This document shows positions 10,276 through 20,893 of a stretch of 64,000 bases of DNA, piece after piece (within the stretch, counting starts at the first letter, position 1; each line of letters begins with the position of its first letter). The notes under the pieces are model-generated. The model had not been told where the DNA came from, did no database searches, and saw nothing but the letters and a program-made list of their open reading frames with translations. The translations under genes were made by a program, and so were the position numbers. This DNA comes from an uncultured Acidimicrobiaceae bacterium (GTDB taxonomy: Bacteria; Actinomycetota; Acidimicrobiia; Spongiisociales; ZC4RG35), in the NCBI GenBank assembly GCA_964571765.1, contig CAZNDH010000006.1:25387-89386 (forward strand). Direction: 5' to 3'.

Positions 10276-10791
10276 TCACTCGATGTCGTCCAGCTGGTAG
10301 GCACCCAGCGTGGCAAGACGACGTTTCTCGTCCCGGCTCAGGGTGACCCGGGCTGGGAGCACGGCCACCAAGCCCTCTCCGACCTTGCGCATCGAACCGT
10401 CCAGGGCATAGATCAGTCCTGAGGCGAAGTCCACCACCCGGCGGGTCAGGTCGGGATCGGTGTGACGCATGTCGAGCACTACGGGGGTGCGGTCCCGCAC
10501 CCTGTCAGCCAGCATCCGGGCATCGGCGAACTCCTCGACGATGAGGATGTCGGACTGCACCTCGACCGGTCGGACTCCGGCGATGGTGGGCGGTCCGCTG
10601 TCCACCACCCGCCCTTGGGGGCGAATCGCGGTACGCGAGGTGGGGGGCGGCTCAACCCGTCGGCCCTGCGGCTCGGACGGGGCCGGCTGGCTTTCGAACC
10701 CGTTGGCCGCCGGCTCGGGTCCTGGCTCGTCCAGCTGGTCTTCGTCGACCAGACCGAGATAGACGAGGGCTTTGGAGAACAGTGACGACAT
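10276..10791 (-). CDS. sepF: cell division protein SepF
   Basis: N-terminus MSSLFSKALVYLGLVDED and C-terminal DUF552 core (IVEEFADARMLADRVRDRTPVVLDM). Start ATG at 10791. Confidence 0.8.
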   Translation of the reverse strand: MSSLFSKALVYLGLVDEDQLDEPGPEPAANGFESQPAPSEPQGRRVEPPPTSRTAIRPQGRVVDSGPPTIAGVRPVEVQSDILIVEEFADARMLADRVRDRTPVVLDMRHTDPDLTRRVVDFASGLIYALDGSMRKVGEGLVAVLPARVTLSRDEKRRLATLGAYQLDDIE

Positions 10792-10801
10792 CAGGCTCCG
10801 G

Positions 10802-11455
10802 TCATTGGCGGGGACCAAAGATAGCCCGTCCCACACGAATGAGGGATGCACCCTCCTCGATGGCGACCTCGAAGTCGTCGGTCATCCCCATGGAGAGCTC
10901 GGTGGCGTCCGGGTGCTTCGAGGACAGCTCCTCGCCGAGCCGGCGCAGCCTGCGAAAATAAGGTCGGCTGTCCTCGGGCTGCCCGGGCAAGGGCGGGATC
11001 GTCATCAGGCCACGGACATCGAGGCCGAGATCCACCGCCATGTCCACCGTTGTCATGGTGTCTCCCTCGGCAACCCCAGCCTTCTGTGGCTCGTCTCCCA
11101 GGTTGACCTGGACCAGCACCGGAGGCGGCGTGCCACTCCCCTTCAACCAGGCAAGTGCCAGGGAGCGGCGGTCGAGCGAGTGGAGCAGCTTGGTTACGGG
11201 CCTCACCAGACGCACCTTGTTGGTCTGCAGTGATCCGACGAAATGCCATCGGGCGTCGCCGGGAAGCAGCCCCACCTTCCCCACCATGTCCTGAGCCCGG
11301 TTCTCACCAAAATCCCGGTGGCCGGCATCGTATACCGCGAGCAACCGGTCCATCGGTTGGTTCTTGGAGACGGCCACAACGGTGACCTCCTCGGCGGATC
11401 GGCCCGCTCTGTCCGCGGCCGCCTCCACCGCGGCCATCACCGACTGGTAGCTCAC
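10802..11455 (-). CDS. yggS: YggS family pyridoxal phosphate homeostasis protein (PLPHP)
   Basis: Alanine-racemase N-terminal fold motifs (VAVSKNQP, SLQTNKVR). The GTG start at 11455 overlaps the pgeF stop as GTGA. Confidence 0.75.
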   Translation of the reverse strand: MSYQSVMAAVEAAADRAGRSAEEVTVVAVSKNQPMDRLLAVYDAGHRDFGENRAQDMVGKVGLLPGDARWHFVGSLQTNKVRLVRPVTKLLHSLDRRSLALAWLKGSGTPPPVLVQVNLGDEPQKAGVAEGDTMTTVDMAVDLGLDVRGLMTIPPLPGQPEDSRPYFRRLRRLGEELSSKHPDATELSMGMTDDFEVAIEEGASLIRVGRAIFGPRQ

Positions 11456-12078
11456 GGAATCCAGCCTATGGCCGCCTGGCGGCGCCGGGTGCCGTCCCGG
11501 CGGTGGCTGAAGAACCGGCCGCCCATGTGCCGGGTGCATCCTTCGACCACCGTCGGCTCGAGTCCGGCGAGCTGATGCCGTACCGAGCCCACCAGGTCCA
11601 CCGACAGGGTGCCCCAGGTGGTCAGGCCCCGGTTCAGGGGGAATCGTTCGGCCACCTCCTCGCCAACCTCAAAGCAACACTCACCGATACCGGGGCCGAT
11701 CACGGCTCGCTCCGGTGCGAACCCGGCTGCGGTCATCACCTCGGCGAGTGAGCCCACCACACCTGCGGCGGAGCCCCGCCACCCGACATGGGCGACTCCG
11801 ACCCCTCCCGGTGCGTGCAGAACCACCCCCAGGCAGTCGGCGGTGAACACCGCCAGAGGCAGCCCGGGCACGCTCGACCAGGCGGCGTCAGCCTCGCCGA
11901 GCTCACCTGGCCCCGGAGCCTCGACCACCCCGTCGCCGTGGACTTGGCGGAGGGTGGCCCACTGCGCCGGGATGCCCAGAACGGCACTCACCACTTCTCG
12001 GGAAGGGAGATCGTGGCGCAGGTCACCGTCGGTCGCTTCGGTGAAAGCGACGCCGGAAATCCCCGGCGGGGTGATCAT
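11452..12078 (-). CDS. pgeF: YfiH/PgeF family purine nucleoside phosphorylase / peptidoglycan editing factor (DUF152)
   Basis: 208 aa, conserved HxGWRG-like and C...H motifs, conserved position downstream of ftsZ. Confidence 0.7.
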   Translation of the reverse strand: MITPPGISGVAFTEATDGDLRHDLPSREVVSAVLGIPAQWATLRQVHGDGVVEAPGPGELGEADAAWSSVPGLPLAVFTADCLGVVLHAPGGVGVAHVGWRGSAAGVVGSLAEVMTAAGFAPERAVIGPGIGECCFEVGEEVAERFPLNRGLTTWGTLSVDLVGSVRHQLAGLEPTVVEGCTRHMGGRFFSHRRDGTRRRQAAIGWIP

Positions 12079-13124
12079 CCCTGGACGAAGCTGGGGATTT
12101 CCAGGTCGTCGTCGTCGAAAGCCCGGGACGGCGAGGAGTCGCCGGCTGACTGGCGGGTCGCCCGGTTGGGTCGACGACGACCTTCGAAACCGGCGGCGAT
12201 CACAGTCACCTTCATCTCCTCCCGCAGATCGTCGTCGATGATGGCGCCGAAGATGATGTCCGCCTCGGGGTCGGCATGGTCTGACACCACGCGTGCCGCC
12301 TCGGTTGCCTCGTGGAGGGTCATGGACGATGGGCCCGACACCGACAGAAGCACACCCTTTGCCCCGTCCATCGAGGCTTCCAACATCGGGCTGGAGATGG
12401 CCCGTTCGGCGGCCTGATGGGCCCGGTTCTCCCCCGTGGCCCGTCCTATGCCCATCACTGCCGAGCCGGCGTCCGCCATGATCGTGCGAACGTCGGCGAA
12501 GTCGACGTTGATCAGACCGGGAGTGGTGATCAAGTCGGTGATCCCGGTGACGCCGCTCATCAATACCTCGTCGGCCAACTTGAAGGTCTCGGCAATCGGG
12601 GCCGAGGGATCGCCGACCTCGAGCAGACGGTCGTTGGGGATGACGATCAAGGTATCGACCGCGTCCTTGAGGGAATCGATCCCCTGCTCGGCGTGCACCG
12701 CTCGCCGCCTGCCCTCGAATCCGAACGGCCGGGTGACCACCCCCACGGTCAGCGCACCCACCGAACGGGCTACCTCGGCGACCACCGGGGCGCCTCCGGT
12801 CCCGGTGCCCCCACCTTCTCCAGCAGTGATGAACACCATGTCGGAACCCTTGAGGGCGTCCTCCAGCTCGGCCCGATGCTCCTCGGCCGCGGCCCGACCG
12901 ATCTCGGGATTGGCCCCGGCGCCCAGCCCACGGGTCACGTCCCTTCCGATGTCCAGCTTGACGTCGGCGTCGCTCATCAGCAGCGCTTGGGCATCTGTGT
13001 TGAGGGCGATGAACTCCACCCCGCGGACTCCCGCCTCCACCATGCGGTTCACCGCATTGACACCGCCTCCACCGATCCCGACCACCTTGATCACGGCCAG
13101 ATAGCCGCCGCTACTACTGCTCAC
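12075..13124 (-). CDS. ftsZ: cell division GTPase FtsZ
   Basis: GGGTGTG tubulin signature ([19 protein letters not shown]). GTG start at 13124 with a GGAGG Shine-Dalgarno 7 nt upstream. Confidence 0.95.
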   Translation of the reverse strand: MSSSSGGYLAVIKVVGIGGGGVNAVNRMVEAGVRGVEFIALNTDAQALLMSDADVKLDIGRDVTRGLGAGANPEIGRAAAEEHRAELEDALKGSDMVFITAGEGGGTGTGGAPVVAEVARSVGALTVGVVTRPFGFEGRRRAVHAEQGIDSLKDAVDTLIVIPNDRLLEVGDPSAPIAETFKLADEVLMSGVTGITDLITTPGLINVDFADVRTIMADAGSAVMGIGRATGENRAHQAAERAISSPMLEASMDGAKGVLLSVSGPSSMTLHEATEAARVVSDHADPEADIIFGAIIDDDLREEMKVTVIAAGFEGRRRPNRATRQSAGDSSPSRAFDDDDLEIPSFVQG

Positions 13125-13234
13125 TACGAAACCTCCAGGAATTGTGCAAAGCTGAAGTTGAGGTTTAACGCCGTCCGGCCCACTAGTAAAGCTTCTAACT
13201 TTGAGCCTCTACTTGACATCGAGGGTTGCCTGGT
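13125..13234 (-). promoter_or_regulatory. ftsQ-ftsZ intergenic region with probable ftsZ promoter(s) and ribosome-binding site
   Basis: 110-bp region of locally lower GC in an otherwise overlapping gene cluster. GGAGG-N7-GTG(ftsZ). Internal ftsZ promoters in this spacer are well known in Actinobacteria. Confidence 0.4.
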
Positions 13235-14050
13235 TCATGGTGTTCTCTCCTCGGCCTGTTGATTGCTTCCCGGATCCGAGTCGACTTGGGGATCGTCGCC
13301 TTCGGCTTCACCCGGGGTCGGCCTCACCGCGGGATGAGTCGGCGCCACTAGGACCAGGACGGCGCTCTTGGGAATTTCCTCCTCGAGGAGGGCAACCAGC
13401 GACACCGCCTTCTCTCTCATCGAAACCGGTCTCCCCAGCCTGACCTGGCGGCTGTCCACCACCGCCCACAACTCCCCTTCCTCGAGGCGAATCGACACCG
13501 CCGCCGCCATCTCGGGTGGCAGCGCCATGAGGAACTCGATCGATCCGAGCACCAGGTCGGACCGGGGGGCATCTTCGGAGGTCACGGTGGGGAGATGCAC
13601 CCAACCCAGGGTGCTGTCGGGTTCGGAGCGGCTGGGTAGCGTCATGCCGTCCTCGGCGCGCCGTGACCATCCGTTGGCGGTCTGCACCCAGGCCCGGGGA
13701 ACCCGCTCGGTAACCTGTACCACGACGTCTTTGGGCCACTGGAGTCGGACCTCGGCGGCTATCACCCAGGGATCCGCCTCGAGTGCGGCTTCGACGGTGC
13801 CCGGCTGGATTAGAACCATGGGTGTGCCCTGGGCTACCCGATGCTCGGCCAGGATCCCGCTGGCCTCGCTGGCCAACACACCAGCGACACTCACCCGGGC
13901 GACGCTGAGGTGGGGCGAAAGGGCGAGCCAGACCAGCGCCCCCGCTGCAGCGAGAACGCTGAGGAAACGGAGCAGACGGCGAACGTTCCGTCTTGCATGG
14001 TCCTCGGCGACCTCGCGCCTTCGCTCCGCGAGCCTTGGATCGATGCTCAT
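13235..14050 (-). CDS. ftsQ: cell division protein FtsQ/DivIB
   Basis: N-terminal TM segment and POTRA-like domain, in the conserved position. Confidence 0.75.
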   Translation of the reverse strand: MSIDPRLAERRREVAEDHARRNVRRLLRFLSVLAAAGALVWLALSPHLSVARVSVAGVLASEASGILAEHRVAQGTPMVLIQPGTVEAALEADPWVIAAEVRLQWPKDVVVQVTERVPRAWVQTANGWSRRAEDGMTLPSRSEPDSTLGWVHLPTVTSEDAPRSDLVLGSIEFLMALPPEMAAAVSIRLEEGELWAVVDSRQVRLGRPVSMREKAVSLVALLEEEIPKSAVLVLVAPTHPAVRPTPGEAEGDDPQVDSDPGSNQQAEERTP

Positions 14051-14946
14051 CAGTCGAACCCGACGAATTGGACTTCCGGCTCCAGCATGGTCCCGGTGGC
14101 TTGAAAGACCCGGTCTTTGACCATCTCGACCAGCTCGACGATGTCCGCTGCCCGGGCGCCAGGACCGGCGACGAAGAAGTTGGCGTGTTTCGTCGACACC
14201 GAGACCTCACCATGGCTGAGGCCTTTGAGCCCCAGGGAGTCGATCAGCTGCCCCGCTGAGACCCCCGGCGGGTTCTTGAAGACGCTGCCGGCGTTGAGGG
14301 TGCCACCGGGCTGGTGGTCTCGCCTCCATCTGGTGATCTCCCTGATTCTTGCGGCGGCCAGCTCCCGGTCGCCCTCCTCGACACCGAACCTGGCCCGGGT
14401 CACCAGCTGGCCCGACCCCAGGTTGGAATGTCGGTACGACATCTCCAGGTCGTCGGGGGACATCACGGCGGTATGGCCGGTGCCGAGCTCGACGACCTCG
14501 GCGTACAGCAGGTGATCCCTGGTCTCCGATCCCAAGCACCCGGCGTTCTGGTGGACGGCGCCGCCCACGGACCCCGGGACTCCCACGAAGAACTCCAGCC
14601 CGGTCAATCCGTGATCGACACTGGCACGGGCCAGCCGAGGCAGGGGGACCGCTCCCCCAGCCTCGACTTCGGCCCCCTCGAACCCCATCTCGGCGAAGCC
14701 CCTACCCAGGCGAAGGACCACGCCGCGAAATCCTCGGTCGGCGACCACCACGTTGGAACCGCGTCCCAGGACCAATACCGGCAAGTCGGAGAAGAGGCCA
14801 GTGTCGATGAGCAGCTCCAGTGCATCGACGTCGCTTGCGGTGGCCAGCCACCGGGCGGGCCCGCCGGCCCGGTAGGTGGTCAGCGGCCCGAGCGGCACGT
14901 TCTCCTCTAGTATCCCCTGGGCGACAAGGGAGGACAATGAGGTCAT
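14050..14946 (-). CDS. murB: UDP-N-acetylenolpyruvoylglucosamine reductase
   Basis: FAD-binding domain (GGPARWL, LGRGSNVVV) and MurB C-terminal domain. Confidence 0.85.
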   Translation of the reverse strand: MTSLSSLVAQGILEENVPLGPLTTYRAGGPARWLATASDVDALELLIDTGLFSDLPVLVLGRGSNVVVADRGFRGVVLRLGRGFAEMGFEGAEVEAGGAVPLPRLARASVDHGLTGLEFFVGVPGSVGGAVHQNAGCLGSETRDHLLYAEVVELGTGHTAVMSPDDLEMSYRHSNLGSGQLVTRARFGVEEGDRELAAARIREITRWRRDHQPGGTLNAGSVFKNPPGVSAGQLIDSLGLKGLSHGEVSVSTKHANFFVAGPGARAADIVELVEMVKDRVFQATGTMLEPEVQFVGFD

Positions 14947-16301
14947 CCCGGCTCCGCGAGCAGCCCGGCGAGCTCGGTGTGGAGCAGGGTGATGTCGCCG
15001 GCGCCCATCGACACCACCAGGTCACCCGGCAGCAGCAGGGGCGCCAGAAACCCGCCGAGGTCGGCACGATGGGGGATGTAGTGCACCGTGGCCCCTCGGC
15101 GTTCGGCGGCAACCGCCACCAGCTCCCCGGTGACCCCGGGAACCGGGTCCTCCCGCGCCCCGTAGACATCGGACACCACCACTATGTCGGCCTCGGACAG
15201 GGCGGCTCCGAACTCCTCGCTGAACCTCTCGGTCCTCGAGTAGAGATGCGGCTGGAAAACCGCCCACAGCCTGTTGGGCTGGAGTGCGCGCGCCGTTGCC
15301 ACCGTCGCCCTGACCTCTGTCGGGTGGTGGGCGTAGTCGTCGTAGAGAGCGACGCCCCCGATGGTGCCCCGGTGCTCCCATCTCCGACCCACACCTCGGA
15401 AGCCTGTGAGCGAGGAGCCCAGTTCCTCAGGCGAGTAGCCCAACTCGGCGAGCAGTGCCAGGGCGCCCGAGGCATTCAGGGCGAGATGAGCTCCAGGACC
15501 TGGTACGGCGACCGCCATCGACGACGTCGGGCCTTGCAGCACGAAGGTGCTGCCCTCCTTGCCCGATGCCAGATCGACGACCCGCCAGCTGGCATCGAGA
15601 GCATGGCCGTAGGTGCCCGCACCGACTTCCCGGGCGAGGGCCGCCGAGCCGGGGTCGTCGGCGCAACAGACCACCGGACCGTCCACCCGGGAAGCCACGG
15701 TGACGAAGCTGGCGAAGAGGGCATCCTCGTCACCGAAGTGGTCGAGGTGGTCGACTTCGACATTGGTGACCACCAGCCCCGACAGATGCAGCGACTCGAA
15801 GGTGCGGAAGGCCTCGTCTGCCTCGAGGACCAGCAAAGGGTCATCGCCAAGATGTCCGTTGGTTCCGGTACCCACCATCTCGCCCCCGAGGACGAAGGAG
15901 GGGTCGCCTCCCATTCCCCGAAGAGCGGTGACCAACATCGCGGTGGTGGTGGTCTTGCCGTGGGTGCCGGTAGCGGCGATTGTCGGCATCCTCGCCGTCA
16001 TCGCCTCGAGCAGCTGAGGACGCCTCCACACCGAGATGCCGGCCGCCGAAGCCGCCTGCAGCTCTTCGTCTTGGTCGGGGACCGCCGACGACGCCACCAC
16101 CAGGTCGGCGGCGAGGGCCATTGAGGGGTGGTGGCCGGGTCGAACCTCGACACCCACGTCGGACAGTGCCTGCAGCGTGGCGCCGGCTCGGAGATCGGAG
16201 CCGGTGACCAGATGACCCCGGCCCACCAGAATCCTGGCGAGGGCGCTCATCCCGGCACCGCCGACCCCCACGATGTGGATCCGATGGTGACCGGAGATCA
16301 C
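14943..16301 (-). CDS. murC: UDP-N-acetylmuramate--L-alanine ligase
   Basis: N-terminus IHIVGVGGAGMSALA and Mur ligase P-loop TGTHGKTTTTAM. Confidence 0.9.
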   Translation of the reverse strand: MISGHHRIHIVGVGGAGMSALARILVGRGHLVTGSDLRAGATLQALSDVGVEVRPGHHPSMALAADLVVASSAVPDQDEELQAASAAGISVWRRPQLLEAMTARMPTIAATGTHGKTTTTAMLVTALRGMGGDPSFVLGGEMVGTGTNGHLGDDPLLVLEADEAFRTFESLHLSGLVVTNVEVDHLDHFGDEDALFASFVTVASRVDGPVVCCADDPGSAALAREVGAGTYGHALDASWRVVDLASGKEGSTFVLQGPTSSMAVAVPGPGAHLALNASGALALLAELGYSPEELGSSLTGFRGVGRRWEHRGTIGGVALYDDYAHHPTEVRATVATARALQPNRLWAVFQPHLYSRTERFSEEFGAALSEADIVVVSDVYGAREDPVPGVTGELVAVAAERRGATVHYIPHRADLGGFLAPLLLPGDLVVSMGAGDITLLHTELAGLLAEPG

Positions 16302-17374
16302 GATGCCGCCTCGATCATGGCCTTGGCGATGGTGTGGGCGGCATCCGGCTTGGCGATCCGTGATGCGCCCAGCCGCATCGTCTCCAACCTCTCCGGATGG
16401 AGTGCCTCGAGCATTACCTCCCCCAGTCGTTCCAGGCTGTTCTCGTCGACGGTGACCGCCGCCCCTGCCTCGGTGAGGAACCGGGCATTCGCCTGCTGAT
16501 GGCCACTCGACCCGAACTCTCCGGGGACCAGGATCGAAGGTGTGGCGGTAGCGGTGAGCTCCGCCACGGCACCCCCCGCCCGGGCGATCACCAGGTCGGC
16601 GGCAGCGTAGAAAGACTCCATGGCTGGCTCAAAGCCCTTCCGGACCCAGGTGACCCCCGGGGCGGGCGAGATCCCCTGGTACTTGCCGAGGAACCTCTCT
16701 CCCAGGAGATGAATCAGCTGCAACTCGGGGCCGTCCCAGGTCGCCGCCATCTGGGCAACCGCATGGTTGATCACGTCGGAGCCCAACGAGCCGCCGACCA
16801 CCCCGACCACAGGACTGGTCTCACCTACACCGTAAAGGGCCAGAGCTCCGGATCTCAGCGCCCCCCGGTGGAACTTCCAGAAGGGTTCGCGCACCGGATT
16901 GCCCACCCACTCGGCCTCGGGGAGGCCGTGTGTAACCGGGAAAGCAGCGAAGCTGCGCCGTGCCCATCTCGCCACCACCCGGTTGGCCACCCCGGCCCGC
17001 ACATTCTGCTCGGAGTGGAAGAAGGGGACACCGAGGCGTCGGGCAGACATCGCCGCGGGGAGAGTCACATATCCCCCCATTCCGAGGACGGCCTTCACCC
17101 CACGTTCCTCGATCGCCGTGATCATCCGATCGCGGGCCCGACGCACCACCTTCGGGAGTCCCAGGTTCCGTGGGGTGAGCGACCGTTGCAGGCCTCTTAT
17201 CTCCACCGAGAGGAACGGAAATCCCTCGTCCGGGTACACCTCGGCCTCGAGCCGGCTGCCACCGACATAGAGGATCTCGGGACGTGGAACACCCCGGTCG
17301 ACCAAAGCCTCCCCGACGGCGAGACCGGGATAGACATGGCCCCCGGTTCCCGCCGCGGCAATCAGGAAGGTCAT
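16298..17374 (-). CDS. murG: UDP-N-acetylglucosamine--N-acetylmuramyl-(pentapeptide) pyrophosphoryl-undecaprenol N-acetylglucosamine transferase
   Basis: Starts MTFLIAAAGTGGHVYPGLAV. The ATG at 17374 overlaps the ftsW stop as ATGA. The 624-aa track ORF is an upstream read-through in an open GC-rich frame. Confidence 0.88.
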   Translation of the reverse strand: MTFLIAAAGTGGHVYPGLAVGEALVDRGVPRPEILYVGGSRLEAEVYPDEGFPFLSVEIRGLQRSLTPRNLGLPKVVRRARDRMITAIEERGVKAVLGMGGYVTLPAAMSARRLGVPFFHSEQNVRAGVANRVVARWARRSFAAFPVTHGLPEAEWVGNPVREPFWKFHRGALRSGALALYGVGETSPVVGVVGGSLGSDVINHAVAQMAATWDGPELQLIHLLGERFLGKYQGISPAPGVTWVRKGFEPAMESFYAAADLVIARAGGAVAELTATATPSILVPGEFGSSGHQQANARFLTEAGAAVTVDENSLERLGEVMLEALHPERLETMRLGASRIAKPDAAHTIAKAMIEAAS

Positions 17375-18537
17375 CGCTTTCCGTCTACGCCACTCTGCGA
17401 GATGTTGACCAGGATGCCCACAGAGGCCATGGCCACCACCAACGCCGTCGACCCGAAGGAAACAAAAGGCAAGGCGATCCCCGTTATGGGCACCACGCCG
17501 AGAACACCTCCCATGTTGACCAGTGCCTGGAACGAGATCCACACCGTGATCCCCACAGCCAACATCCTGCCGAACCGGTCTGGCGCCCGCGAGGCGACCA
17601 CCCAGCCGGCAACCGCCAACACCACGAATAGTCCGATGATGGTCAGCCCTCCGACCAGACCCGTCTCCTCGCCGATGATGGCGAAGATGAAGTCGGTGTG
17701 GGCGTTGGGGAGGTAGAACCATCGCGCCCGGCTGGCACCAAGGCCCACTCCGAAGATCCCACCGTTGCCAAGGGCGTAGTAACCCTGGATTAGCTGGTAG
17801 CCGTTGCCCTTGGCGTCGGCGTACGGGTCGAGGAAGCCCTCGATCCGCGCCGTCCGGTAATCCATGTCGAAGGCGAGGAAAGTGGTGACCAGCACCGCGG
17901 CCAAGGCGACCAGGGCGACGAAGCGGAACGGGACGTCGCTGGTCATCACCACCGCCATCGCCGCGGCCCCGATGATGATCAGCGTGCCCAGATCGGGCTG
18001 ACGGATGATCAACACCCCGAATACGCCCACCGTGGCCACCACCGGCACCACGAAGTGGCTGAACCGGGCGAGCAGCTTGTGCTTGCGCTCGAGGAGGAAG
18101 GCGAGCACGAAGACCACGCTCAACTTGGCCAGCTCCGATGGCTGGAAACTGAACCCGGACACCTCGAGCCATCTGGTTGCTCCCCCCCGGCGCTCCCCCA
18201 CCATGAGCACCGCGATCAGGAGCCCCACGGTGGCAAGGAATCCGGGGACAGCCAGTTTGCGGTACACGCGGTAGGGCATCCGGCTGGTCACGAGCAAGGC
18301 GAGAGTGCCCAGACCGACCCCGACCAGCTGGCGCTTGAAGTAGTAGAAGCGGTCGGCGCTGCGGTCGAGTGCGATCGCCGACGACGCAGACTGGGTGGCG
18401 CCGAGACCGATCACCACCAGGACCACCAGGATGACAAGGAGCACCGTGGCCACCCGGCTGTTGGTTCTCATTCGCTCGGCCCGGTCACGGGCAGCCGCCC
18501 TGACCTTGGAGATCGAGGTCACCTTGGCGGTGGTCAT
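17371..18537 (-). CDS. ftsW: lipid II flippase / SEDS peptidoglycan polymerase FtsW
   Basis: 388 aa, about 10 TM segments, SEDS-family motifs. Confidence 0.85.
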   Translation of the reverse strand: MTTAKVTSISKVRAAARDRAERMRTNSRVATVLLVILVVLVVIGLGATQSASSAIALDRSADRFYYFKRQLVGVGLGTLALLVTSRMPYRVYRKLAVPGFLATVGLLIAVLMVGERRGGATRWLEVSGFSFQPSELAKLSVVFVLAFLLERKHKLLARFSHFVVPVVATVGVFGVLIIRQPDLGTLIIIGAAAMAVVMTSDVPFRFVALVALAAVLVTTFLAFDMDYRTARIEGFLDPYADAKGNGYQLIQGYYALGNGGIFGVGLGASRARWFYLPNAHTDFIFAIIGEETGLVGGLTIIGLFVVLAVAGWVVASRAPDRFGRMLAVGITVWISFQALVNMGGVLGVVPITGIALPFVSFGSTALVVAMASVGILVNISQSGVDGKR

Positions 18538-19829
18538 GGCGCGGTCCCCCCGACTCTCTCGGCGACCAGTTCGGCGAATCGCTCGCCCCGGGCCTTGTAG
18601 GAGGTGAACTGATCGAAACTGGCACAGGCCGGTGCAAGGAGGACGGTGTCACCGGGACCGGCGATCTGCGCCGCCATCTCGACAGCGACTTCGATGGTGC
18701 CGGCCAGCCGGCCCCTATCCCCGGCTGCCTCGACCAGGAGCGGCCCCGCCTCACCTATCCCTATGAGCAGCTTCACGTTGGGCTCCCCAGCCAGGGGGGC
18801 CACGTCCATCCCCTTGGCCATCCCACCAGCGATGAGGACCACCGAGTCGCAAGCCCGGATCGAGGCCAGGGCGGCATGGGGGTTGGTCGCTTTGGAGTCG
18901 TCCACCCACACCACGCCGCCCCACTCGCCGATGCGCGAGCGGCGGTGGGGTCCGGGAATGAAGCCTGCAGCTGCGCTGGCGATGGCTTCGGGCTGGGCAC
19001 CGAACCGACGAGACAGTGCGGTGGCGATGGCGATGTTGGACAGGTGAATGGGATCGGCTGCGTGGAGACGGGTCACGTCGAGGGCCACATCCATGACCCG
19101 AAGGGTCGTTCCGTCAAGGCCGCCACCGCCGTCGGGAAGCCTGACCCCACTGACCGGGAACAGGCGCGACCTGGCAGCAGTCACCAGCTCGGCAGCGCCC
19201 TGGTCATCACAGTCGTAGACCAACAGATCGTCAGGCCCATGGTTGGCGAAGACCCTGGCCTTTGCCTGCCGGTAGGCGTAGAACGAGCCGTGCCAATCGA
19301 GGTGGTCGGTGGCCAGGTTGGTGATCGCCGCCGCCTCGGGACGGAAGGTGTCGACGAACCGCAGTTGGAAGCTGGACATCTCGACCACCAGGACGTCGTA
19401 CCGTTTTTCGGTGTACTCGCTGAGCGGTATGCCGATGTTCCCTACTGCCGGAGCGTCGAGACCCGATGCACGAAGCATTGACGACGTCGCCTCGGTGACC
19501 GTGGTCTTGCCGTTCGTGCCGGTGACCGCGATCACCGGGCTCTGAAGGTGAGTCCAGGCGTACTCCACTTCGGCAATCACTGCCGGCCCCGACTCCAGGG
19601 CATCGACGATCGCCGGTGACCGCTCGGAGAACCCGGGGCTGGCGATGACCAGGTCGGTGTTGCCGAGGAGGTGGTGGTCCCAGTCGCCGAAGGCCGAGCC
19701 GAACCCCTCGGCCAGGGGCTGGGCACTGGGGCTCTGGTCGTAGATGGTGACCGATGCCCCCTTCGACCGGGCGAGGCGGGCGGCCGCCATCCCGGATACC
19801 CCGGCGCCGAGGACGAGAACGCGGCTCAC
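18534..19829 (-). CDS. murD: UDP-N-acetylmuramoylalanine--D-glutamate ligase
   Basis: VLVLGAGVSGMAAARL Rossmann N-terminus and GTNGKTTVT P-loop. GTG start at 19829 overlaps the mraY stop as GTGA. The 794-aa track ORF is a read-through. Confidence 0.88.
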   Translation of the reverse strand: MSRVLVLGAGVSGMAAARLARSKGASVTIYDQSPSAQPLAEGFGSAFGDWDHHLLGNTDLVIASPGFSERSPAIVDALESGPAVIAEVEYAWTHLQSPVIAVTGTNGKTTVTEATSSMLRASGLDAPAVGNIGIPLSEYTEKRYDVLVVEMSSFQLRFVDTFRPEAAAITNLATDHLDWHGSFYAYRQAKARVFANHGPDDLLVYDCDDQGAAELVTAARSRLFPVSGVRLPDGGGGLDGTTLRVMDVALDVTRLHAADPIHLSNIAIATALSRRFGAQPEAIASAAAGFIPGPHRRSRIGEWGGVVWVDDSKATNPHAALASIRACDSVVLIAGGMAKGMDVAPLAGEPNVKLLIGIGEAGPLLVEAAGDRGRLAGTIEVAVEMAAQIAGPGDTVLLAPACASFDQFTSYKARGERFAELVAERVGGTAP

Positions 19830-20893
19830 AGCAGTCCCTCGAGCCGGAGAAAGTCGCCGTAGAAGAAGCCCAGCCCCAGGGCTACTCCGATGCCGGTGAG
19901 TATCCAGAACCTTATGACCACAGTGGTCTCCGCCCATCCACTCAGATCGAAGTGGAAGTGGAGCGGCGACATGCGAAAGACGCGGGTCCCAAAGAGCTTG
20001 AAGCTGACGACCTGGAGGATCACCGAGAGGGTCTCGGCGACGAAGATTGCCCCGATCACCAGAAGGAGTAGCTGGGTGTTGGTGAGCAGTGCCAGGGCGG
20101 CAAGAAGTCCACCGATCGCCTGGCTGCCCACGTCCCCCATGATGATCTTGGCCGGGTGGGCGTTCCACCAGAGGAATCCGAGGAGAGCGCCAAACATGGC
20201 GGCCGAGATCACCGCCAGCTCCAAGGGGTCGACAGCCTGGTAGACACCGGGGATGCGGAAGGGCGGCTGGTTCCGGAACTGCCAGAAGGCGATCACCGTG
20301 TAGGACGCCACCACCAACGCCGCCGACCCGGCTGCCAGTCCGTCCATCCCGTCGGTGAGGTTGACCCCGTTGGCAAAACCGGTCATCAGCAGGAGGACCC
20401 ACACCACGAAGAAGACTCCCAGGTCGAGGCCCAGTGGGCGCACGAAAGAGAGTTGGGTCACCACACCGGCGTTGGATGCGCCCCAGGCGAAGAAGGCGGC
20501 CACTGCCAGCTGACCCCCGAACTTGGCCGACTTGGACAGGCCCAAGCTCCGCTTCCGGGTGTACTTGACCCAGTCGTCGGCGAAACCGACCAGACCCATA
20601 CCGGCGAGTGCCAACATCGCCAGCAGCCCGCCGGGGTGGAACTCCTGGACCTCCACCACCAGGCCGTTGCCCGCGGTGAAGACCCTGAGATGCGATACCG
20701 CGTATCCGATGATGGCGGCGCTGACGAAGACAATCCCGCCCATCGTTGGGATACCCTGCTTGTGGGCGTGGCTGGCCAGCTCCTCCTGGACGAACTGGCC
20801 GATCCGACGACGCTCGAGGATCCGGATCACCCACGGGGTTCCGAAGATCGACACAATCAGGGCGACCGCGGCAGAGATCAAGAGTGAGATCAC
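19826..20893 (-). CDS. mraY: phospho-N-acetylmuramoyl-pentapeptide transferase
   Basis: 355 aa, about 10 TM segments, conserved MraY motifs (HAHKQGIPTMGG). Confidence 0.9.
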   Translation of the reverse strand: MISLLISAAVALIVSIFGTPWVIRILERRRIGQFVQEELASHAHKQGIPTMGGIVFVSAAIIGYAVSHLRVFTAGNGLVVEVQEFHPGGLLAMLALAGMGLVGFADDWVKYTRKRSLGLSKSAKFGGQLAVAAFFAWGASNAGVVTQLSFVRPLGLDLGVFFVVWVLLLMTGFANGVNLTDGMDGLAAGSAALVVASYTVIAFWQFRNQPPFRIPGVYQAVDPLELAVISAAMFGALLGFLWWNAHPAKIIMGDVGSQAIGGLLAALALLTNTQLLLLVIGAIFVAETLSVILQVVSFKLFGTRVFRMSPLHFHFDLSGWAETTVVIRFWILTGIGVALGLGFFYGDFLRLEGLL